This document shows, one piece after another, positions 11,124 through 22,972 of a DNA stretch of 25,857 bases; position 1 is the first letter of the stretch, and each line of letters starts with the position of its first letter. The position numbers and the translations under genes are program-made. Source of the DNA: Lama guanicoe (taxonomy: Eukaryota); assembly GCA_013239625.1 (NCBI GenBank), contig MU054098.1, forward strand, positions 806,001 to 831,857, in the 5' to 3' direction. The notes beneath the pieces were generated by a model. It was given only the letters and a program-made list of their open reading frames with translations. It did not search any database and was not told where the DNA came from.

Positions 11124-11373
11124 TAAACATATGCTAGAAAACAGAGAGTTATTCCCAGTATTGCTATCACATACAAAGGATTTCTGATAATTTTAAGTTT
11201 GAAACATACTGAACTTCTTTTGAACTTTCATATTCATGAATAGCATGAAGTAATTGCAAATTGATGATTTTGAAAACTATGTGAAGGTTTTTGAAGGTTT
11301 CGGTAAGCTAGAACATAAGACTGACTGGAAACAATTTGGTTGGCTGCCAACTCATACTGAGTGATTATGGAGA

Positions 11374-11410
11374 CAAAACAAAACACACATACACACAAAC
11401 ATACACACAA
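11374..11410. repeat. Imperfect (CA)n microsatellite
   Basis: caaaacaaaacacacatacacacaaacatacacacaa. Confidence 0.7.
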
Positions 11411-11910
11411 ATAGACCATAGACATCTCATCACAAACAGTGTCAACTGTATTAGCCTTACTAGTTGAAAAACTGTTTTAAACAGATGGAAGTAATGCTTG
11501 GGAAAAGAGGGATCCTGGTTAAAAAGCCAGAGGTTTTTGTTTTTAATGTATCAAAATACTATACTTCTATTAGCTAATTTTTAGTAAGAACAGGAATTCC
11601 TAGATCCATATTGATTTTGTGGCTGTCTATATTAATTATTCATAAGATAGCTAGAGATAAACAGGAAAACCTGGTGTTTTATTTCGGCTTTCCATTCCAC
11701 CCCACTGCCCAAAGCTCTGGCTTGAGTCCCTATGACATCTTCCTTGGGTGATTGTTTGGCCTTTTCATGTGTAGCCAGCATTATTCTGTCAGAGCCAAGC
11801 TAGGCATTTCAAAAAATTAATCACAAGTTCAGAGAGAAAACCCCAGGAGATTTTGTCTCCTCAAGACATCTCTTTCACCTGAATTAGTCTCTAGTGTAAT
11901 CATTGCAAAT

Positions 11911-11952
11911 AGGATTTTTAAAAATCCAGGATTTTTAAAAATCCAAGATTTT
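11911..11952. repeat. 17-bp tandem repeat (about 2.5 copies) of a palindromic unit
   Basis: aggatttttaaaaatcc aggatttttaaaaatcc aagatttt. The core ggatttttaaaaatcc is its own reverse complement. Confidence 0.9.
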
Positions 11953-12896
11953 CTGAGTCTAATTGATAATTTTTGCAACAAGAGAACTACAGATTAAGTA
12001 CTGGAATCTGAACTTATATGATTTCATTTTTCCAAAGGAAGTCAACATATTCCAATAAAGTCATTTTGTCTGGCTAATTAAAATGTCTCTCTCATTATTG
12101 TTTCTTTACCTGGAGTTAAACCAAAATATTTCAGAATGTGAATATGACTTTGCATACTAACAACCATATCAGGTAAAATTTTTGAGGCATTCCTCTCAAT
12201 ATAGCATAAATGTTATGAAATAATTTTCACATTTGAATTTTGATTATCAAAATCTGTTTTAAATTATTAATACCTTCCTCAAATATTTCTTTGCCATAAT
12301 GTAGTACTGATGATTTTGAAATTATACACAGGGCACAATATAAAATAAAACAACTACAACACACTTAAAATTTAGAAACAGAACAATTTGGGTTTTCTTT
12401 GCAGTGGGAGGGGATTCAGATTATATACTATATCTAGATAAAGTAAAGCATTAGACAACAGATTTAGGAGAATATAGTTATTCTTGTTTGTTAGAGGGGA
12501 AACTGTGACCTACCATAAATGTCCACCCATTGATTCATTTATGTGAGCCACCAAAAGTAAGCAATTCCATAGAAATCCCAAGACATTTGGACAGTATATT
12601 TTGAAAGTGTGTAGTGTAGGATACCAAAGTCCTTATAGAATGAGATTTACCTTAGTAATACAACTAAATGAAGATTAATTTTCCTATTTTGGTATATTGA
12701 TATTGATATAACAATATGTACTATGTAATATGAACTATCTAATTTTCTAAACTGATTTTTAAAAACCAAAAATTTTGGCTTAGTTTTCCATTAGCAAATA
12801 AAATAGCACAATGCCATATTAATCTCCCATAAATATCAAAATGATAAAATTCATTCTTATAGATTATTGGTCCATGAGTTTGATCATGGTGATGAA

Positions 12897-12956
12897 TGTG
12901 TGTGTGTTTGTGTGCTTGTGTGAGGGCAAAGGTTGTGAGAGAGAGAGAGAAAGAGA
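12897..12956. repeat. Compound imperfect (TG)n / (GA)n microsatellite
   Basis: tgtgtgtgtgtttgtgtgcttgtgtg ... gagagagagagagaaagaga. Confidence 0.75.
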
Positions 12957-14659
12957 TGGGGGGAAAAACACAGAGACTGGTGCTATTCTTTAACAGTGCA
13001 TTTGTAAATTCTAGCTATTTTTTGCAGCCGACTTTTCCACATATATGAAAAAAAGAAAAATAAAATCTGCTCAGGTCTTGAGACCAATTATCACCAGATC
13101 TTTGATTTTTCTTTTTGACTTTTCATATGTGCTATTCTGTTGGTAACCATCTTTAAACTGGAAACAGCAATGATGTGGAAGGCCTTGCAGTTAAAAACAT
13201 CTTAAGAAAGTATACCTTTGATGCAAATAATTGTTTAAAAATAATAAATTGTGACTCTGGCAGTATCCATACATTTCTGTTGCATATTCCAAAATGAGGT
13301 CCTGGGTAACTCAAATTCCTTATTCTACAAAGTATACTTCAGATCACACAACATATATAAACTTTTTGTTTTTCTGCTTTAAATTAATTTTACTTGTAGC
13401 CTGTTTTCATTTCATCTGCCAGGCTAGGAATGAATAAAGACAGAATTTGTTGTCCCACCACAGTCTTGGACACAGCTATGTCAAAATCAATCTGATCATG
13501 TGATCTACTACATATTAGGGCTATTTTATTTGGCTTGTTAAGTGGAAGAATTAGATAAATGCCTTACTAATAATTTCCTAAAATCAATAATCTGACTTCA
13601 TAGTACTATTTTACAGGAAAGCTCTCTTTCATATGAAGTTGTAGTTTACTTGGAATGAATGAACATCTCCTCATTATCTAACTGATTCTTCCAATTGCAA
13701 GATTGCATCTATTGAATTATACTAAGAATCTTCTGAGAACTACTGGTCCATATAGCAGTCCCATGTACATATCAATTAGTCTTTCCTCCTTGCCCAATTA
13801 GAGTGTTCTGTCAATTAGATTATTATCAACATTATGCACAACATTGGTGGTTATGGGAACGTATGTCCCCAGTAAGGAGGTCCAGGAGAAAGCTATTTCA
13901 ATGTTCACTACTAGTCATAGGCTGCAATTATCAGTCCAAGGAAAATAATGTCCAATTTTAAAAGGCTGCAATTGAGAACACCATGGGAAATGCTGAATTC
14001 TCTGTACTATTTGCCTAGCGCTACATGGTAGTGCTCTCTGCCAATTCATATAATTATTGGCATTACCTTTTTCTTCTGTAGCCAACAACCCTGTTAAATA
14101 CATTCCATTTGAATAATTTTGGCTCTCTCACAGTTCATCAACCTTCCTGCCTGCATTTCCTGTGAGTGGTAATTTTAATTGACTTTCTTAGCTTTCTATT
14201 TACTCAAAATGAAATCAAGGACAGACCTGTTAACATTTCAAAACTCAGCATGGGTGGTACGTAGGCTTTCCCGGGGAAGCATTTGTGGTCTGCTGATGAG
14301 TCAACACAAATTCACAATTCAATCTCCAAAAATGTTCAAATCAGAGACAAAATGGAGTTCAACGAATTTGCACAAGCTCTCTACCACTAAATTCTATGGA
14401 TTACTTTTTAATCCTTCCTGATTAGTCATAATTCAAGTTTATCCAATTCAATGAGTATGCCATGAGTTTTTGTGTTGAATGAGATATACATCTTTCTGAA
14501 AGAAATAATTACACTCCTAGAAAATAGTTTTCTATGCTTCCATTGCTAGGCAATATACAACTATCACTAACAGCAAGTGCTCAAGTGAATAGGCTGTATT
14601 TGAAAGTCTTTTACAACAATGCAAGGATAAAATATTTGTACGTAGAATAACGGAAAAAG

Positions 14660-14765
14660 TAGGAGACTAGGAATCAGGCCTAATCATCAGCCACATGATT
14701 TTCACATGTAAATTAGTGTCAGTGGGCTTCAGTTTCCCCAGATGTCTAACTCAGAGAGTGATCAC
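14660..14765 (+). mobile_element. MIR-family core fragment
   Basis: 'cagtgggcttcagtttccccagatgtctaa' resembles the MIR core ctctgggcctcagtttcctcatctgtaaaa. Confidence 0.45.
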
Positions 14766-16204
14766 TGACAAATTTTATACGTTTACTTAAAAAAAACTCA
14801 CCATGGATACAGAAGGTTACATCATAGACTACCATTTCAGAATGACTATGATTTCAGGTTTCTCTATGGGGACTATGGTATTATATTACATATAGAAATA
14901 TAAGTGAAAAAAGCCAAGCACTACCACCTTGCTTATTCATCAGTTGAGTGTGGTACTGCCTTGTGAACTGATCTTGTTTTTCCTGTCTTGCTTTTGTCTA
15001 ATGCCTTCTTATATTTTAACTTACCTCATTGGAACCTGATGGGAATAATTCTTACCTCATGGGGATAATTCTTGTCTGGATGGCACATCAAATTTTAATA
15101 AATACATATGAGTTACTACTATAATCCATTCAAAACTAGAAAATGCATTAGCTGCATAAGGCATACAGATCTAAAAATTTTGAGAATCACCCAAGGATGA
15201 ATTATTTCCAAGGGACCTGAAGTAGTTGCCTCAATCAAAACTCAACTCCAATTTCTAATTTACCATTTCGATACAGGCTCATCTTGTTTAGGTGTTTAGA
15301 GCATTTCCAGATAATCATTTTCAACTGGGCAGGACAATGTGATATACTGTCAAGAGCTAAGGATATTAAAGATTGGAATAAATGAACAACAAGGTCAATG
15401 AAATGCCTACTATTTCAAGCCATTATAGCCAAAATCATATGAATTCAGATTTGAGTGGAAAAGAGGGAGAAAATTCTTTAATCTTACATTCCCAGGAAAT
15501 GAATTTACCAGGACTAACTGTGTTTGGGGTTTAATGTATTAAAACCATCCTAATAAACTAGAGTTTTCAATTAAGAGTGATGGAGATTCCAAGATATAAA
15601 CTCCACTTAGTGTATCCAAAAATATTTTAAGCATCTCTTGGGAAGTAATAATCCTCTTTTTGCATGTTGCAATAACAAGATGCTTTTGCAGATTATCTAC
15701 GCAAATCTTGAAGGCATAAATTCAGACTCAGGTGAATTAGTTTAAAATGGCCTATGCTTAGGAAAATGATTCCTTTTTGTCACATTTTCTATGGACGTGC
15801 CTGCTCCAATTTTCTTGTTCTCTCTTGTAGGGAGAAGTTTCAGGATTGTATCTCTTCTCTCAATCCCACAAAACCAGGCTAGGTGTTGAAAGCCTTCCAT
15901 TTTTTTTTTCCCTGCAGTGCCCTAAAGTGTTCAAGGTTGTGTGCCTTCTTCCAATCTTGCAGAGTTGAACTGACTGCTGATATCAATGTGCTTTCTGGGG
16001 GGGGTTGTGCTCCCCCTCTGCAGAGCTTGCACTCACTCTCTGTGGAGGTTTGTGCACACTGAATGCAGAGGCTATGTGCTGTCCCAGGGCACACAGAATG
16101 CTAGGGACACATGCCAGCCAATTATGGGGGGGGGTGGCAGGTGAGGTGTCCCATGGGGTTTATAGGAGGGTCTCTTCTTGGTGGAGTCTATCAGCCAGTT
16201 AGTA

Positions 16205-16690
16205 AAATTTGTGGTTGGTATTTGTCTTTAGTTTTCAGTAAATTTGCTATGATGTGTTTGGTGTGTTTTCCTTTGGGTGTTTCCTGTTTGAAATTTGCTC
16301 TGGATCTGAAATCTGCAGATTTATGTCTTTTGTTCAAGTTGAGAAGCTTTATGTCATTATTTTATTTTTTCAGTTTCTACCTTTTATCTTATCCTTATAT
16401 GACATTGATGACATAATTTCAAATATCAGTAAGATTGCTGTGTAATATAAGCCTTTTTCTTTAGCCTCTATCTACCATACACTTAATTGCAAAATAATTT
16501 GAGGAAAAAAATACACTGAGAATTCAGGGATCACCTCAATGTGTTTCTCTCTGGGATGTGATCTCTCAAGTTCTAGTTTTATTTTTCTCTGATGTCTTCA
16601 TATAGCCAATTATATATTTATTCCACCTTCATAGCATTTCTTTGCAAGAGAGTTAATTTGACACTAGCTGTCCTAACACAGGAGAAAGCC
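16205..16690 (-). mobile_element. Ancient L1M (L1ME/L1MC-like) ORF1 and 5' region fragments
   Basis: 'tctttagttttcagtaaatttgctatgatgtgtttggtgtgttttc...gaaatctgcagatttatgtcttttgttcaagttgagaagctttatgtcattatt' resembles antisense L1M ORF1. 16525-16690 ('gggatcacctcaatgtgtttctctctgggat...') resembles old L1M 5' ends. Confidence 0.65.
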
Positions 16691-18624
16691 AAGCACTTCA
16701 GCTATGAATTTATAAGCTCCCAGAACCTTAATTTTTTTCAATCCACTTTAAAAGATGGTGAGAAAAATTGAATGAAGCAATCATTTCATGTACCATCAAA
16801 GATACACAGTATAGGGGAATATGCCTTGCTCATTTCTGTATCAGAAACTATAACTATCTCATAGATTATGGTTTAATAATTATTTGTGGCATAATTCTAT
16901 GAATAAATGAGAAAACTAGCAAGTGCTTCCATTTAGTAAGTAGCCTAAGGGAAGTTGGACTGAAGATTGTTAATGGAATAATATGTTTCCTGAAAATTTT
17001 GTGAGTTCTAATTAGTTAACTGCTAAATAACGTAATAAGTTGTAGACAGGGGGCCAGAAAACTCAGTTTCTCTCTCTGTAATCTTAGGAAGATCACATGA
17101 TCTTTTTTAAAGGGAATTTTTGGACAGCCAGTTCTCAAAACTAACTTTCTATAATACTATATGTTTTATCCCATTACTAAGAAGAGAATTACCATGAATT
17201 AGATACAATGGTGACAACAGCCACATAAATAAAAGGATAGGGACTTTTTTTCTCTTCTTGTGCATTCTCAGGGAATGTCTACATACATACAGACATTGTA
17301 TACATGCAATTTTAACCCAATGATCACTCTTCATATCCACAGTATGTTCTTGCATTCAGAAAAGATACAGCATCTTCAGTTTAAGGATTCACCAGTTAGC
17401 TCTAAAGCTAAGAATAAAGTAAAAATGAACGTTGTATTTTAACAATCTTTCCTCTACCTTTGGGCTTTTTGCTGTACCTGGGGACTAAAAGAAAGAGTTA
17501 AAGTTTTCTTCGTTACTTCTAAGTTTCAGCAATAGCTTTACTTTAGTGAGGCATGTATTAGGAGATAACGGAGATAAACCTTTTTCTTCTTTTAAAAGAA
17601 TAACAACAGCAGCACTAGATACACGAAAAAAATCTTGTTCAAGTCTCAAATTTAAATAAATAAACGTGTCTCTAGACTGAGTGGGACACATTCTTCCAAC
17701 AAGGAGGATCCTTTCTTAACACTTCTGCATTCCCAGGAACGTACTGCTTCTGAGACATACGGCATGTCTCCATGACTTTCTCCAAAAGCATATCATCAGT
17801 TTGAAGCAGAATTGAATTTCTGTCATGCTGTTCTGTCTGTGAGAATCAGCTAGTCTAAAACATAAAAATCAATGTGCTCTAACTTAAGCTGGGAAAACGT
17901 GATACCATCAGCAGAGAGTAAGACACAAAAAGAAGATTCAGTAAATACCTGACTATCCTGGACTTCTCCCAAGAATGACTGAGCCTAAAGTTTGCCAAGC
18001 ATACTTGAAGTTTTAATGCGATCACTTTTGCTGAAGTCACATTTTGCCAAGCAGATAGACTCTGTACTTGGGCTATGGTGCTGGCTGTGCACTAGAGGAT
18101 TATCTCAAGCTGGTGAGAGAATTGAATTCTTGACTGCCTATGAGAATTTGTTCAAAAAGTTAACTCAGCTAAATCAGAGCTTTCTTCAAAATTTTACTCT
18201 TGTCCTGGGTTTAACTAATTCTTTTAAGAGACAGCATTGAAGGAAACATGAAGCATTTCATTTACCTCTTCATTTGTGGATAGTAGCAAAAGATAATTAT
18301 CAACATGAAACAAAATGTGTTTTACCAATTTTTTTTCAGATAAAGAGAAGAAAATCCAGTTCTTCCTTAATGAACAAAAATAAACCAAGCTACTTAAAAA
18401 GAGTAAAGCATTTCTATGCCTTGTAAGCCTCCTTTATTCTGGGCTCCAGTATTTGTAAATTTGATGTCATTACTTACCTAGGTGCTCACAAAATTCGGAT
18501 CTATCTCTTTAAATTCATCACTTGAACAGCTTGAGTTGCCAATCCACTTCCTTAAATCAGTCCTTAGGACAAAGACATTTAACTCTACTTTTTATGTTGT
18601 TCTCTCATATGAATGGATTCAGTC

Positions 18625-18670
18625 AAAACAAACAACAATCAAGTAAAAACAAAACAAACAAACAAAAAAC
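18625..18670. repeat. Imperfect (AAAC)n simple repeat
   Basis: aaaacaaacaacaatcaagtaaaaacaaaacaaacaaacaaaaaac. Confidence 0.7.
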
Positions 18671-18789
18671 TGCTGTCCTCACAGTGCCAAGCCTAGTCAT
18701 GGAGATTATTTTTCTCTTTTTTTTTTTGCTTTCTCTTTTTTTTTTTTAAAACCTCTGAACCTTGGTTTAATCCATTGCAAACCCAACCC

Positions 18790-19307
18790 TATATTAATTA
18801 TCTATTTCTGTGTAACATATTATTCCAAAATTTAAAGCTTAAAACAACAAATGTTAAATACCTAAGTTTGTGTCAAGAATCTGGGTGTCACTTAGCTGGA
18901 TGCCTCTGGCTCAAGGTCTCTGACAAGGCTGTAAGCAAGCTATTGGCCAGATTGTGGTTGGCTCAACTGGGGGAGGATCTACTCCCAAGTTCACATATGT
19001 GGCTGTTGGCAGGTCTCAGTTACTCATTGGCTGTTGGCTGGAGGTATTAGTTCTTGCCTTGTAGACGTGAGCCTTCTCACAGCAAGAAAGATAACTCTCC
19101 ACAGAATAAGTGTGGGTGTCCAAGATAGAAGACATAGTTTCATAGTAACTTAATCTTGGAAGTGTCCTGCCATCACATCTGCCGTATTATGTTCATCAGA
19201 AATGAGTCAATACGTCTAGCACACACTCAACGGGAAGGTATTACATAAGGCTGTGAATTCCAGAAGATGGGGATCATAAGGGGCCATTGTAAAGCCTGCC
19301 CATCACA
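18790..19307 (-). mobile_element. MaLR solo LTR, MLT1F-like, near full length
   Basis: It begins 'tatattaattatctatttctgtgtaacatattattccaaaatttaaagcttaaaacaacaa' and contains 'cttagctggatgcctctggctcaaggtctct' and 'ccatcacatctgccgtattatgttcatcagaaatgagtca'. It ends 'ggatcataaggggccattgtaaagcctgcccatcaca', the reverse complement of the MLT1F start TGTGGTAGCCAGCCTCCAAGATGGCCCC. Confidence 0.85.
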
Positions 19308-19329
19308 ATTCTCCTATCATTAGGCATCA

Positions 19330-19645
19330 CTCATCCTTCTATGGCCTTGACAAATGCTTCAAGCCTCATCTTAGACCTCTCTTTCTCTTTGAAGCCATTC
19401 CCAGATTTATTGAATATTTTTTTTGCCTCCTCAGAACTCCAGCAGAACTTATAGTTGGTACTTGTCTGGATATTTAGCATGTATTACCCAAAATTATAGC
19501 TAGCCTTTCAGATCTGCTTGTCTCATTATCTCACTCAGAATGTAAGCTCCTGGAGAGCATATAGCATCTCAAGTTCATCTTATACCATTCTACCTCAACA
19601 TTCAGATCAATGTTTTTCACTTAGCTCTTATTTAGTAGGTACCTG
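19330..19645 (+). mobile_element. LINE-2 3' fragment
   Basis: 'cttcaagcctcatcttagacctctctttctctttgaagccattccc' and 'cagaatgtaagctcctggagagca' (L2 tagactgtaagctccttgagggca). Confidence 0.65.
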
Positions 19646-21399
19646 TTTTTGTGGCTAAACCTTTAAAAACTGCCACAGGGACCTGAGAGGTACACTGAAG
19701 TAGAATTCAATAATTTCTAAATTGCCATTAACGTAGCACTTTGAGCTCTTCCAATAAATCCATAGAGCAGTAAGCATTCATCTTACATAATACAACAATG
19801 AATACAATCTAAGTTAGAAAAGACAGTGATTTTTAAAAAGATACATGAGCTTCTCAGAAGCTGCTTCTGTAACATTTGTCACTTTAAACTTTCAGCACTT
19901 TAACAGTTTTAAGTTCTGGCAGAATAATATAAAGGAGACATACAAAAAGTATCCTCTTTCAAAAGGAGCCCCTAACCTAAATTCAGACCATGCTGGCTAG
20001 AGCTTGTGAGTTATTAAATGCTTGGAGACAGTTAAGCTTAGATCACTCATTCTTGAAAGCCTGGATTTTCACAGAAGTCAAAAATTGAAAGCCACTATAA
20101 GGCAGTTTCTTCTGGAAGACCCTGCTCTCAAAATCTCTGTGGTTTGTAGCATCAAATGACTCAGAGGTCATGTTTGGGGCACAGAAGTGATATCCATCCT
20201 TTTTTCGATACCATCGCCCTTTAGCCCCTCTTGTCCCTTTTTCTGCTAAATGTACTGCAGTTTCATCCAAATATACCCGTTCAGAATTTTGAAGTTGTAC
20301 TGTTTCAAAACCAGACTTCAGGTTCTGGAGGTAAATGGAAGAAAGGAGGTGATCAAAGAGATCACGCACACTTAAACACACACAGAGTTAAAGCTGTTAG
20401 CATTTGAGAAAATGGCATTTGTCATATTCTTCCACAAAATTCTTTGACCTAGCAACCAGAAAAAGTAAGCAATATTAACCCACTTTTAAAGAGAGTGGGA
20501 TAAAAGTGTATGTGCTTTAGTATAGGCTTGTTCTTAGTCAATGTATTTGCAGAATGACAGTTCTCCGAAAGGACTCTAGAGAACAGAAGTAATGGGAAGT
20601 GAGATCTTCCTGGATTCTAGGTCCAACGGAAACCAAGACAAAACACAATTAATCATGTGGAGGATGTTGTTTAAACTTCAGTTAGATGATTGCTTTCCTC
20701 TAATATTTGGGGTGGCCTGCTTCACTTAAGCAAATAACACTTTTTTGTGTGTGTTTTAGGGCACAAAATGACTAGGTCTCCTAGGGTGCAAACTGCTTCA
20801 GAAAATCTGTTCCACTAAGTACTGATTAACCTAAGAGGGCTATCAAATTTTAAAATAGAAACAACAGCAAATTTTATTTTTAACCATATACTCGACTAAA
20901 TAACACTCTACATGACAACATAGAAAGACAACTTTTGTCATGGAAAGTGGATCATTATACTTTTCCTATACAAAGCATTTCTGGCATTCAAATTGCCTTC
21001 CCATACTTATTTTAACCATATCACTTTATTGTTGAAGGACTAAATGAAAAAAATGTTTATCTATTCAAAAATTCATATTTATTTGTATAATAATGGAGGT
21101 ATGAACGCCAAGTAGAGTTTGTTTTAAATAATATAGTGTAGTATACACAAACAAAGAGAAGACTAACATAGAAATGCCCAGAATAATTGAGTATACTCTG
21201 TAGGGAATCTCTGAGTCAGAATCCACAAAGCAAAAACTGCTGCTTCCAATGAAAAATAACAATTCTCCCTGCTTCCAATTCCTCACTGCTATAACAATTT
21301 CAGCACACAAAACGAAAATCTTCACTGCACCCATGAAATCCTCATGGTTTCCTAACTCTCCTTCTCTGTTTACCCGAGCTCCCTCCTTCACTCTCTATT

Positions 21400-21670
21400 T
21401 TTGTCATACATAGAATCTTTCAAGACCCAGCTCAGCTACCACCTTTTTCATGAAACCCTTAATGAGCTTATTAGCTGAAAGGACTTCTTCATTTTACCCA
21501 TTTCCATAGCATTTTATTTCTACTTGTCTCATATATATTTTCCTCTATTATATTCTAGCAAGTAAGCTTCCCTAAGGGGAGGTCCTGTGTCTCATGGACC
21601 TTTTTGTTTTCTCTCTCATGTCTATCACATAGGCAAGCATACAGTAGACTTTTAATAAATATTTTCAAGA
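21400..21670 (+). mobile_element. LINE-2 3' end
   Basis: 'tctttcaagacccagctcagctaccacctttttcatgaaaccctt', 'gtaagcttccctaaggggaggtcctgtgtctc' and terminal 'gcatacagtagacttttaataaatatttt'. Confidence 0.75.
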
Positions 21671-21794
21671 GAAAATGTTCAACCACATGGATGATACAAC
21701 AAGCAATGGTGCCTTATGACTTTTTAAACAATGGCATATTTTCTATCTTAGAATGACCAGATGCGATACTGTCAAAACATAATATTTCCAAACT

Positions 21795-21935
21795 TACAGA
21801 ATTTTAGGGTTTGGAGATTCAGCTCTGTTATTTTCCAAATGCAGAACCTCAGGTCCGGAAAGGAGTGGTCATTGGCTTAGGGTCAAAAAGCTAGTTAGTA
21901 AATATCCAATAGTAGACTTCTGAGATGCTGGTACT
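21795..21935 (-). mobile_element. MIR-family fragment
   Basis: 'ttattttccaaatgcagaacctcaggtccggaaaggagtggtcattggcttagggtcaaaaagctagttagt' resembles antisense MIR (ttttacagatgaggaaactgaggcccagagagg...acttgcccaaggtcacacagctagttagt). Confidence 0.65.
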
Positions 21936-22921
21936 GCTGCTCTAATGTCAGCCTGCAATGCTTCTCTCAGGAGTTGTTCCTTTTCTTCCACACAAGACTA
22001 TCATTTCATTATAGTCATTGTTTTTTTTTTTTTAACACTCTTCCTTTTTATTCAGGTCTTTGACAAAGCCACAATTAATGCAAGAAAAAAGTGGAAAATT
22101 TATAGTGTTGATATTCAGTGTTACTAAAAGCTGAACACTGGGATATCTAGGACTGGAGAAATTAATCAGAAGGGAATGGATAATGTGCTGAAGAGAGATT
22201 TGCATCTTAATCCACGGATTAACATTTGTCATGTTTATGTAGATGATTTGAAAGAAGTCTAAAAGCTACAAGATCTATTTAAAAAAAACTGTTTCATACT
22301 GGAGGTAAAAAGGGATGACAGGCTCTGAAGGACAATATAGTGATTGGACATTTTTCTACTTTGATAATGTTGCATGGAATGAATTGAATATTACAAAATT
22401 TACTGCCCTATGTAGAAGAGGAGTTTTGACATAATTATGCAATCTTGACTGTAGTAAGTGGGTTGGTATTACATACAAGGGCCCAGAGACATCTGGACTT
22501 ACTGAAGAATAGCCTAATGTGCCCAGGAGCTGAGTACCCACTGAATGGAGATGTATCTCCTTAGACTGGAACCAGAACAAATTGTTGCTAAATATATTTT
22601 CAAACTTTTATTTTAAAAATTTGATAAATCTTTTACACCACATTACACAGTTGGGGGATGGTAGGACTGCATCCAATAGAGATGACAAAGTGTATTGAAC
22701 GAATATAAACAATTAGAGATATTGTTAATTAACTGAGTTATCAAAACCAACTTCTTGAGAGTCCTAAAAGTATAATGTGTGCATAATCCTACATCATCCC
22801 TTGGGAGAAAGAGATAGATGTCCTTTACTCATCTTTGCTGATCTTTGTGATTCCTTTTCACAAACTCAGTGTCTCTTTTTTGTTTCTCCTGTAAGGAATC
22901 AGTTAGTTTTTTTAATTAGCA

Positions 22922-22972
22922 GTTTTTTGTTTGTTGTTGTGTGGTTTTTTTTGTTTGTTTTGTTTTGTTTTT
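22922..22972. repeat. Imperfect (TTTG/TTTTG)n simple repeat
   Basis: gttttttgtttgttgttgtgtggtttttttgtttgttttgttttgttttt. Confidence 0.7.

Noticed and set aside
14017..14062. Two small adjacent inverted repeats (agcgctac-atg-gtagtgct; tgccaat...attggca) as a possible structured RNA
   Set aside because: Stems of only 7-8 bp are too short for a pre-miRNA and are expected by chance in 26 kb.
15039..15078. Two imperfect 20-bp tandem units (atgggaataattcttacctc / atggggataattcttgtctg)
   Set aside because: This is an ordinary decayed local duplication. It has no spacers and is not CRISPR-like.
18785..19312. 5-bp TSD around the MLT1F-like LTR
   Set aside because: The flanks aaccc and attct do not match, so any TSD has decayed.
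21065..21391. 108-aa minus-strand ORF with a hydrophobic C-terminus
   Set aside because: There is no recognisable homology, the start is non-ATG and the codons are AT-driven, consistent with a chance ORF.
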